Source: Lingula anatina (Eukaryota; Animalia; Brachiopoda). Taken from it: a DNA stretch of 64,000 nucleotides. Shown piece after piece: positions 12,587 through 25,200 of the stretch (the first letter of the stretch is position 1; every line of letters begins with the position of its first letter). The stretch spans positions 9,916,587 through 9,980,586 of the forward strand of contig CM120648.1 in the NCBI GenBank assembly GCA_051362555.1. The letters are read 5' to 3'. The notes under the pieces are model-generated. The model saw nothing but the letters and a program-made list of their open reading frames with translations, searched no databases and had not been told where the DNA came from. A program made the translations under genes and the position numbers.

Positions 12587-15204
12587 TATTAGAAAATCGT
12601 TACCTAAAGGTTAAATTTTAACATGATTGTGGTAAAAAGATCGGTCATGCATAAACGTTTAGAACATAAAATACTGGTAAGAACTTTATTGAAAATTATA
12701 AAAATGAAAAATAAAGTGTTTGTCTTGCTGGTTTTGCGTTCTCCACGTCGCATTGAATGGATCGAATATATATATATTCTTATTATACAGACCGTAGAGA
12801 GACACTGGAATATCTTTTGTTTGTTTCGATAGCAGCATCAACTTCGCCTATTTTCAAAAACAAATTAATTGTTGTAATTTAATTTGGGGGTCATCAGCCC
12901 CTCTCAGTAACACGCACAAACGTTTAAAGAGCCTAATTCCACTTCAGACCAAATTTTTTACCCAGTCCAAAACTACCGGACTGTTTTTAAACCTCCTTGT
13001 CCCGTACGAGGTACCCCCTCACCCTATCTCACCCCCTTTTCTTCCTCTACCCCAATGAAATTAATTTCATATTTGACAGAGATAATTGCGCTCTCTGGGC
13101 ATGCTTTAAATGTTAGTTTTGGTAATTGATTATTTCTTTAATGTATGTACATGTTTCTAGCTTATCTTATAATTGTTTCGACTTAAGACGTAATTATATT
13201 TGATAACAGTAAATGGGGAATAAATGAATTCTCGGCCTGCACATTAGTTGTTTTACTTCTGTTCATTTCTTAAATATTTATTTTTTTCTTAAATGTATAT
13301 ACATATTATAACATTAACGATTTAATTAACTTAATGCCGTGAACGTACTGTACAAATTCATTAATTGGAAAGAATGGAAATATTAATGGACTAGTTTATT
13401 TCAAAAAGAAAAAATAAAGATAGACTAACAATCTGGCTGTTCTCAAATATTTCCAGATCTTCTTGCACTACGAATGTTAATCCTGAAGTTCTTTGAAGCC
13501 GTTGCGACAGTGCAGGACGCCTTCCTAAAGTCACACTGACGTCACGATGACGTAGGTTGGAAGACAGACGACATTTGGCAGGAACTACTTCCGTGGGGAG
13601 GGATTGCGACCCATGGTTGGAAACACTCTTATCACACTTATTTCTATAAAACCCCATTCGTTTAACAAAAAAGGGTTTCTTTTGAATTCTCAGTACTGCT
13701 TACACATATTTGTGTTTGGAATAAGGCCTCCTCCTTAACTTAATTACCTTCTCTTGTTTTAGATTGATGGAACGCCCTTTTTTATCATTCCACAAGACAT
13801 CGTCTCTGATTTCTATCTGTCAACCCCCAATAACTTTTACGAACACACGTATATCTTATATTTATTTTCGGATGATGAGCTTGACTATCAGACAGTAGGC
13901 CTAATATAATTTGAAATTCTGTCTTCAGAAATAAGAATCTCACTGCAATCACTGAATGAGTCGCACGATATTGTAATCTCTACGCCGTTATTTGACAGAG
14001 ATTAATTATTTCTACGGATTATACATTTTTTCACGATGATATTATATGTTTCTCATTATATTTCTCTAGTAAGGATAGTTTTATCTTCTAAAGGAGATGT
14101 TAAAAATGGAATCCCCTAACCCACTACTTCTCCATTATAATCCTTGAGTTAAGTTACATTTTTGAACAGTTAGGGCCTACTTCTTAGGGGCAACTGTCAA
14201 TTTGGAAGAAAAAATGAATTTGAGATAATGAAATAAAAATAAAAATGAAATAAAACTATTTTCTCGGACACTTCACACAATATTTTGAAACTATTAACTT
14301 AAATAAACTGCTTGTGCATTCGTTCGAAAACAAGTAGGCCTACGATGCCGTGGTGTAGGCCTACACGTGTATCAGTAAATAAATGTTAATTCTATCCGGT
14401 GTTTGTTATTGCTGTGAAACAAGCGATTATATTTAAAAATAATACTTTTTGTGTGAGTGTGTGTGTGTGAGAGAGAGAGATTTGCTTTTCGCCGTTTACG
14501 CTTTGGTAACAAACTACACTTGTAAACAACGCAATCAGTGCGCGCACCTCCGATTCTATTTAAACTTGCAGTTTGCCAGGTCGTCCGCTTATCAGGCTTA
14601 TCTCATCCGTTGCCAAGCAATTTTCGGGATGAATGATATGCATTATACAACAAATACAGAAACCAAGATACCTACTCGTTTATCAAGCAGTCAGGCAGTG
14701 TCAATATTTAAACACGCATGAACTAAGCGCTTCATCTAGACCCGTAAACGACAGTCAATGAATAAGAAAACGACACGATTCACCGATGTATCTCGATGAA
14801 ATGCGAGAAAACAGATGTGATTTGAGCCTAGGTTGCTTAATGTGGTAAACAGATTACCTCACTCTGAGCTAAAAATAAATGATTTTACAAGGCCTCGTTT
14901 TTAGCAACCTGAGCTGATGCTCATATATTATCAGGGCGGTGACACGCACTTGACCTATGACGTCATCCCTGAACAAAATACCGGACAGAGTAGTACAACA
15001 GATTTCACAACCAGGAAAATGTGACTGAATATTCGAATATCGAACGTATAGGCTTGGTTTCTTGGAACCTTTCTGACAATGGCAGTAATTTGTTAATACG
15101 TTATACTAAGACAATTAAGAAACAAGGTAAGGCTCGTTGTGTACGCCGTGTACCCCGGTACAAATGTGTCGACTGCCAGTGAATAGCCTACGATGTAACC
15201 GTGT

Positions 15205-15235
<31 letters not shown>

Positions 15236-15563
15236 CGCGAGAGACAGAGAGAGAGAGAGAGCGTTATATGTTATGTGTTATATGTTTGTGTGTAAAATGA
15301 AAAAGAGAAAGGGATCGAGAGTGGAGTCGAAGGGAGGACAGATCGAAAGGGGGGAATTCCATTACATTCCAGTCGTTCTATGCCCCTTATACTCTTGCTT
15401 TAGAACGCGAATTACTTAATGCTTAGCTATATTATGTTTCCAGTAAGAAATATTCTCAGACATTCTTGTGTCAAGGTGACGAGTGTATGACCTAATTAGA
15501 AAAACTATCTTGGTTTGTATTGTAGAGTGACATCTGGTGTCAATGTTCAGAACTGCTCCAAAC

Positions 15564-15737
15564 ATGACGCTATCAGCTCAAGTCTTTACTTTGGTGCTTC
15601 TTCTTGTAGCAGACAGATCAAGGTAAGATATGGTGAATGCGATGGGTATCGGCATATTATAGGTAAAGCTTTTATTTTAAGAGGCCCAGTAGCCTACACT
15701 TGTGGGTTAAGGGGTTTATTGAGGGGGAAGGTGGAGT

Positions 15738-15772
<35 letters not shown>

Positions 15773-16936
15773 AACAAGTCGCCTGTCAGTGACATCGACG
15801 AGGATAATAATTTTGCCAAACGAATCGAAGCATACGTAAAACAGCAGACGAGGTCAATTTTACTTTATACCAGGGGCACAGGAATGGCAAATTACTTAAT
15901 CTGTCTCTTTTTACTTTTTTTAAAAATTATTTATATGTATTTTAATTATTACGTGCTGGGGTGGGGTGGGGTGAGGCGCTTTGGACCCACCATCGTTGTA
16001 TTGATAGTTCAAAGCCATTTCATTAGAATATTTTTTTTCGCCGGCTGCGATTCCTTGTGCCCTATGATATAGATGTAGGTCTTTATCTAAATGTATTAAT
16101 ATTTAAATGTGTTTGTTGCCTATACTACTTTGACTTCTACATGTATCCATTAGACTGATCTTAAGCATACTATAGTATGCCTTGGCTTTTAACTCGCTAT
16201 AGGCCTACATGTAGTTATACACTCCATTCTAAAGAAAAATAATGAATAAAAGAAACCTTTATCCTTAATAAAGAATCACGGCCTAACAGTACAGGTAGGG
16301 GGTGGATTTATGGTTCCCGTGGGTATTTTTATATATAAAAAAGGTTTGATTAAGGGAAAGTATTCCATGACTCTTTTTACACTGCTTACCGTCTGTATGG
16401 CAATCTTTACAAGCGCGGCACAAATACCAGATTCTGGTGGGGACGGCCCACGAGCAGGCGCCCGCTACACAAATACATGGGCAGTGCAGATCGCCGGTGG
16501 TGACGTCACGTTAGCCAGAGAACTGGGGGGAAAACACGGGTTTCAGAAGGTTTCTCATGTAAGTGTGTGCATGTGTGAGCGTGCGTATGTGGGTGCGTAA
16601 TACGCCAAGTCCAAGAGTCCTTCTACATTCAATCTGTATGATGTCTGGTACAACTAGTTATTTTATATAATTTTATTCTTATCGATTTTTTAAACCAACA
16701 AAGATTTTTTTAATGTCTTAAATGTTGTCTTTTTTAAAACGTCTTTTTAGATATTTGACGACATTTATACGTTTGAAAGTCTTACAAAAGAGACGACTTT
16801 TTCCTCACAACAAAAGGAACTTTTGCTCCAGAAAGATCCCCAAGTAAGTTATTAAGCGGTTTATATATTAATATAATAAGTTATGTTCCTGTCATGTTTA
16901 TTTGTTGCTATTTTAAATATATGCAGACAGTGCAGT

Positions 16937-17008
<72 letters not shown>

Positions 17009-17581
17009 ACAGATAATCTTCTCTTTTAATTAGACGTGTAGCAAATTTAAATGAAGTACATATTTGGTTTAAGTCTGATAAAAAATATCAGTTGGTTATT
17101 CAATTTACACATAGTCTACGGACATTTTTCAATCCTGAATCGATCTTCCTAATGGCCAAACACCCCAGAATGCAACACACCCGACCCTAGTGGTTTTAGT
17201 TTACAACCAAAGACACAAATTTGATCTCTCCTCACGCCGTGTTCCAATCTCTGCCCTCTCTTCATAGATTCTTTGGTGGCAGCGGCAAAAGGTGGCGGGA
17301 TGTGAACTTTTTCGAGACATCACTTGGCGCAGTGCTACCATAACCGACCCAAAATGGGGAGAGCAGGCGTGGTACATGGTACGTGAACTGCCACCGGTAG
17401 TACAGATAATTACCACACAGTATAGGGCTTATATGTGAGAGAAATCGTCAGAAAGTCTTTAACAGCTATCGTGGCGTCAATTTTTATGTTGTTATTATTA
17501 TCATTATTTTTTAATTAAATTTTACTGGGGGGAGGTTCTTTTGCATAATCAAATGTGTTTGGCTCCTTTCTTTTTCCTCGT

Positions 17582-17627
<46 letters not shown>

Positions 17628-19659
17628 GAACGCCACTGGAAGATTGAGCATGCGCATAGTACAGGCGTGGAATCAATGCCGAGTTGGGCGTGGCGTCACG
17701 GTGGCCGCCATTGACGACGGCTTGTGGACAGAAAACAAAGACATCAAACCAAACTACGTATGTATTCGGTGAAATAGGTTTTTCATTGACTTGTGTGTGA
17801 AAGTGGTAAAAAAATAACTGTTTCTAAAGATAACCATAGGAAAAGTAATACAAAACCGATTAAAATAACGGAAAATGTCAACCCAATTTTTCATCAATGC
17901 ATAACATTCACATTTCAAGGTGTAGCGTTTATGGCTAGCGCGACAAGTGAGTGATTATTCTGGTTACCTTTACAGGATGCAACGGCAAGTTATGACGTAG
18001 CTCATGATGATGCTGATCCGAATCCAAGTGCCGTGGACAGGTAACAGTTCACAAGCTTTTGAAATGGGATTTTGAACAGATTTTTGATATCTTATTATTT
18101 GTCAACCCTGAAAATTTCCAAGTATTAAAGTCAAACAGTTTTGACATTATCGCAAAATTAAACACTTGATTGACAGGTGTCAAAACTGCCAGACACTGAT
18201 ACCTGTCAGAAGTCACATAGGCAGGCACGGTATTTTTCGACTTAATATTTAATTTTTTCGGTGTGCCAAAACTACAAAAAGGAGAGTCATGAATTTTTGA
18301 GAATTTATTAAAAACATCATTTTCCTAAAATATCTTAGATGCAAGTTATTAAACTTTGACATAACGAAGGGTTTTGAGCCGTCCGCTATGCCGGTAAGTG
18401 GATATAAAACATCACTGTATTGTTGCAGTCACGGGACATCAGCAGCCGGGATTATTGCAGCGGCGGCCAATGATTTCTGTGGTGTAGGAGTAGCGCCCTC
18501 TGCTAAGATAGCTGGTACGTATCACTAGACCTAAGACTTCCAAACCTGACATGTCGTATTTTATGTAATCAGCACATTAAAATACCCCACAATTAACTCT
18601 ATTGTTTAAATGCTTGCAACGGGAGAGGGGTCTTCTTGCTATCCATGATCCACTCATATTAAAGCCCTATACATTTTATTTGTGGCTGCACACTTTTGTC
18701 TGCTTTTAGGTATTCGCATGTTCGCAAACGGCGTAACGCTGACGGACGCGCTCCAGGCCAAGGCTCTTGTGTCCAGTCTGGACAAGGTGGACATATACTC
18801 CTGTAGCTGGGGCACCCCACGGTTGGGATTTAGTCTAAAAGAGATGGAGCCCCTAGAGAAGGCGGCCTTGCAGAAAGGCATGACGCAGGTCAGTCGTGCT
18901 TGAGTGATTTTCAGTATCCCGTGGTGAGGAGAAATGTCGTCAAATGATTGACAGTTTGTCAATTTTTCGAAACTTCTTTTAACTGTGTAAGGCTCTGTTC
19001 TCACAACTTTTAGATCGATCTATCACCGCGGGGAGTCTCACTAGATTACTGTCAGATAATCCCCCTTAAGTGTCCGTCCCCGCCTACTACAAGCTTTAAG
19101 GGGTAATTAACTTTCGTGTCCGCCCGGCTGACAGCTATTTAGCGTGAACCCCCAGGGAGTTAGGTCGATCCAATGTAGGTCGATCTAATCTATGAGAATG
19201 GGGTGTAAGACTGGGTTCCCATCCCTAGATCGATCTAACAGGATCGGTCCATTTTCACGGGGTCCCTCGCTAAATTGCTTTCAGCCCAAGCTGCTTAGAT
19301 GTCTCGGACGTCCACTATAGCTGATAAACGATAGTTAATTACCCCCTATCGGCCTCAGCAATTTCTGAAACAACTTGTGTTATATGTTTTGGAACCTCTT
19401 GTATCTTCAGGGTCGTGGAGGTAAGGGCGCCATCTATGTATTTGCAGCTGGCAATGGTGGCGAAGGTGAGCGTGACAGCTGCGCGTATGACAAATTTACA
19501 AATGCTGTGAACACCATCGGCATCAGTGGCATGACGGAGGAAGGGCGCATGCTCAAGACCGGGGAGAAGTGCAGCGCCATGATGGCCACCGTGATTGGTA
19601 AAAGTACAGACGATTCCAGTCAGCGCGGAAATATAGTAAGGAGAAAAATGTTGAAAGCT

Positions 19660-19694
<35 letters not shown>

Positions 19695-22209
19695 AGGGGG
19701 AGGGGGAGAGGAAAAAGTTGCTATTATACAGGCCCGTAGCTAGCAATTTCAAAAGGGGTGTTCCTTTCCCATAAAAACTTCATGTACCTAGGTCAAATTT
19801 TACCCAGAGTGGACCTTTTCCCAGCAAAAGGGGCGGTTCTTTCGAACCCCCCTTGCTACGGGCCTCACTATAGTTAAGATAAGGTTAATTCAAAGTAACG
19901 TTTATCGACGCTGCGTTCTGTACTGACGTGGAGGCGCAATCAGGAAGATAACCCCAATAGTTACGAATGTGTCATAAATATAAGTCTTTCATAAATGATT
20001 GCCTTTTGTTTTCAGTACTCGCCTGGAAACGGCGCTGAAGTGTGTACCACAGATTTCGCAGAGTCTTCTGCCGCGGCTCCCATTGCAGCGGGGATTATAG
20101 CTCTGGCACTAGAAGCGAAGTGAGTCAAAGGCCCCTTTCCCATCGTTCGGTACATTCTTAAATTCAGAACCATTTTTTGAGATTAGCAGCTTAATAGCCA
20201 GGACCCAGTTTCATCAACACTGGATACCGCTGGATTACGCTATCCATTGGATAAAATTGTTCTCCTCTGGACAGTTATCCTGTGTGTTAAGTAATGTTTA
20301 CTAAACAATCTATACATGTACTTATTTCTGTCTCTAATATTCCTTTCTAGTGGTTAAAAAGGCTGCTTTCCCCAGGATAAATGTCTGTAGGATAACAATT
20401 TTTTCCAAAGGATGGTGTTATCCATAGGATAGCGATATCCAGTTTTTCACTGCTTATATGATGGGCCCTGGCTATTACCTGTAAATTCGAAACAGAAACG
20501 TGTACCGCTTAACATACAGGTATCGGTACCACCTTGCAAATTGTTGAAAATTTTGTATCAAATTATTTTAAACTTTACGAATTCAATATAGGTACCTCGT
20601 CAGCATTAAACAAGCTGCAGGCTTTGTCCTGGATGCGTAAAAATTGTAGTTTCACTGCTTATGTGTGATGAATGATTAAGCGAATGTGACGTCATGTTTT
20701 AAATAGCTCCAACCTCACATGGCGTGACGTACAGCACCTCATCGCCAGAACGTCCACTAGTGGTTTCGTCAGCAATCCGCCAGATCCCAGGGTAAAGTGG
20801 ACTACTAATGCAGCTGGCTTCACAGGTGAAATGACGTCACAATTAAATTTCAAAAAGCATTCTTTGGATAAGGCTTAACAGAGCAAGTTTGTTTAAAGAC
20901 AGAGCCTTATGAACACTCGTTACAAAGGTCTGGTTCTCTTTCAATATTATTATAAGATGCAGAATGATTTTTTCATAACTTTGTGAAAATGCACACGTAA
21001 ATTTAACTTCGTGCCGGAGAACCAAACCAAAGTTGACGACTAAATACTGAAATGAAACGGTGAAAAGAATTTCACATTGGTTGGATAGTCTTTCTTACAG
21101 ATTAAGAATTCCCCACACCATTGCCTACTATTAAATTTTTGCTTCACATAACGTATTTGAAGGTAACATCACATATTGAAAGCATTCTTTGCAGTGAGTT
21201 CATCGTTTGGATTTGGTCTGTTAAATGCCGAGGCCCTAGTGAAGTCAGCAGTAAACTGGTCAACAGTCCCGCCAGTCCAGACCTGTGACGTCAGAGATAA
21301 CACCTCAATAAACGAGTATGTAACTGAACGCCAAGCAAGTTTACCCCTACTGCCATTTTTTGAATGAAATTATTTTCTGTACAGTAATGAATTTCCATTT
21401 TAATGCAGCGCAAGCTGCTTTGCTCCTGAAATGTTTTTACACTCAAATTATTGTGTAAGACCCCATTCCCAGAGATGAGATCGATCCAACTAGATCGACC
21501 TAACTCCCTGGGGTTTCACGCTTAATAGCTGTCAGCCGAGCGGGCACGAAAGTTAATTACCCCCTTACAGCTTGTAGTAGGCGGGACGGACATTTAAGTC
21601 GGATTATCTAACAGTAATCTAGTGAGACTCCCCACGGGGATAGATCGATCTAAAATCTATGGGAATGCGCTCTAAAACCTCACAAATACTTTGTCAACAG
21701 GAGTCTAATCACATCCATGACAATGTACCATTATCTTGTAACAAGGCAGCAAAGCTGTCAAATGTACAGACAAAAACCAGAAAATAGGATACTGTCAATT
21801 CTGATGAACTAATGTATTATGCTTACTGTAACTGCATAGCCAACATCAAATTCTTATTCTGCATAACATTGGATTAGGATGAAAGTAAAATGTGTATCAA
21901 GCATTAGACTAAGTTCCCATACCTAGATCAATCTAACAGGATCAATGCAACTCCAAGGGGTTTCTCACTTGCTTTAAGTTTGAGAGTCTTAGGATTCTGG
22001 CATGCCAGTTTCAGTAGGGGTGACAGACAACTAAGCCACTTACATTGATTGCAATTTAGCGAGAATTCCCATGGAGATAGATCGATCCACAGTTAGCGTG
22101 ATAGGGTCTGGAAATAGTCCCTAAGGTGTCAGGCTGATAAGAGTTAAACTTTGGAAATGCCAGAATGAGGTACAGTGAAAATTACACACAAAAAAAAAAA
22201 TTGCTTAAA

Positions 22210-22270
<61 letters not shown>

Positions 22271-25200
22271 CTATATATTATTAATTTTTTTTTTTTTTTT
22301 TGGGCTGTATGTCAATCCTAAGAATCATTCTTGTAACTTAACAAAATACAGAAAATGTTACAAAGTAAGAGTACAGGGCTCCTGGCAGATGGGAGTGATA
22401 AGTCACAACTTGAAAATGCCAGTATAGCACTCTATAAACCTGCACTGCCTCCAAATCAGAAAACAATCACACTGGTTTTCAAACACAAGCTGCGCACTTC
22501 TGTCTTATGAAACTTTTCACTAAGTTTCAGTATCGTAAGTAACATGGTTTTCCCTTAATCGCTATCCTGGCAGCAGTGTCCAAAATAGGGTTTTCTTCAA
22601 CTTTCATGCAATAAAACATAATACTTAACAGCATAATGACCATCAAATTTTATATAAAAAAATAAAAGTATCATGAATATTCAGAAAATGTGATTTGGGA
22701 AGGTCTTCAAGGCCATGGAAGTTCAGAGTCACACTTTCAAAATGCCAAAATGTAAACAAGAGATAACTGTACTGAAATGATTTTCTTTTCATTTTCAACA
22801 CCTTTTTTAAAACAAAATGATCAATAAACTGTCATTTTTAAATGTTCAACTAGGAAAATTGTTGACATAGGAAAAATAGCAATAGAACAATTTTCAATGT
22901 CCAATTTGCTCCATTTGCAGATGCTGAACATAGTGAATGATTAAATCTGACAAACTGCAATGATGAGTTCCTTTCCATTTATGATACTTTATTACACAAT
23001 GCACAATATTATAACAGGTTTACCGTCATTTTTATATAATCAACAAACGAAGCAGAAAATGTCAAAACAACACTTTTACATATCTTATTAGTTCCATAAT
23101 GAGACTGTTAACATGCCTAAGAATTAAATCTGAAGAAATAACAATTATATACAAAAATACAGAAAATGCACAGCACTTCTGGTGGATGGGAGTATAAAAT
23201 CACATCTTGAAGATGCTTGTGTTTGAAAAATAATTTTAAAAAAATTTTAAATAAAACGTAAAAAATTCCAATAAAGCTGCTATTCAAACTTTTAATCTAG
23301 CCGTATTAACTTGATATTAATAACCCCACCAAGTTTGAGAAAAATAAAGCACTGTTATTCATCTATAGCATGTTGGCATAACACATTCTTTTTGTTGTAA
23401 ATTTACTTGCAATGTTAAACACCATTTATCTGCACAATTATCACCAAATCCTAATTTTGTGACACAGTTAAGAGAGCTTAACCTATGGGACTTTACAGGG
23501 AAATCTCAAGGAGTGTTTTATGTAATCTCATTTAATGGCCAATTGAAAATTAATGAGTAGGCAAGTGACTTTATAGACCTTAATTTAATTAGTGATCACC
23601 CAAGGGACAATTTTATAGACTGTCATCCATACAGTACCATCATATAGCACAAAGGTGTTGCATACATGCTGAAAAAAGTGAAAAAACAGCATTACTTCCC
23701 TAAAAATGACCCGATGATGCTGATTTTCAAACTTGACCTGCGTATTATGATATTCATTAGTTCTGCAAGTTTCAAACCAAAAGGTAAAATGGTTTTCCAC
23801 TTATCATGTTATCAGTGTTGCATATATGCTGAAAAAAGTGAAAAACAGCATAACGTCCCTAAAAATGACCCAATCATACTGATTTTCAAACTTGACCTGC
23901 GTAATATGAATATTCATTAGTTCTGCAAGTTTCAAGCCAAAAGGTAAAATGATTTTTCACTTATCATGTTATCAGTGTTGCATATATGGTGAAAAAAGTG
24001 AAAAACAGCATAACTTCCCTAAAAATGACCCGATCATGCTGATTTTCAAACTTGACCTGCGTATTATGAATATTCATCAGTTTTGTAAGTTTCAAGGGAA
24101 AAGTTAAAATGGTTTTCTACTTATCGTGTTATCGGTGCTGCATATATGCTGAAACAAGACAGCACTGTTCTGAAATGGGTTTACTTCCATTTTTAAAACA
24201 CTTTTTTAACATAAAACAAAATAAACAGTTTTCTACCATTTGTATATGATCAACTAAGAAAATTGATGAGATGGGAAAAATATCAATAGAACAGTGTTAA
24301 ATGTCCAATTTCCTCCATTATGAGATAATGAATATAGTAGATGATTGAATCTGACAAACTGCAATGATATTTGTTTATTTCCATTTTTGACACTTTATAA
24401 CATAATACACAATAACAAGTTTACCATCATTTTTACATAATCAACTAACAATGTTATTAAGATGCAGGAAATGTCAAACAAACACTTTTACGTATCTTAT
24501 TAGTTCAATAATGAGACTGTTAATATGCCTAACAATTGAATCTGAGGAAATGTGAAAAAACAGCATAACTTCTAAAAGAATGGCCCAATTATGCTGATTT
24601 TGGAACTCAACCTGCGTTTTAGTTAGTTTGACTACTCTTGTGAGTATAATGACAATTGGCCTATCTGTTTTTCTTATATTGTGTTATTAGCGTTGCATAT
24701 ATGTTGAAAGAAGTGAAAAAACAGCATAACATCCCTAAAAATGGCCCGATCATGCTGATTTTCAAACTTGACCTGTGTATTATGAATATTCATCAGTTCT
24801 GTAAGTTTCAAGCCAAAAGGTAAAATGGTTTTCCACTTATCGTGTTATCGGTGCTGCATATATGCTGAAAAAAGTGAAAAAACAGCATAAATTCCCTATA
24901 AGTGACCCGATCATACTGATTTTCGAACTTGACCTGCGTATTATGAATATTCATCAGTTCTGTAAGTTTCAAGCCAAAAGGTAAAATGATTTTCCACTTA
25001 TCGTGTTATCGGTGCTGCATATATGCTGAAAAAAGTGAAAAAACAGCATAAATTCCCTATAAGTGACCCGATCATGCTGATTTTCGAACTTGACCTGCGC
25101 ATTACGAATATTCATCAGTTCTGTAAGTTTCAAGCCAAAAGAAAAAACAGTTTTCCACTTATCGTGTTATCGGTAAAAGTGCACGGCGACGGCGACGACG

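Noticed and set aside
12924-13739. Possible TTAA-flanked transposon between the two convertases
   Set aside because: The inverted ends are too degenerate to define with confidence.
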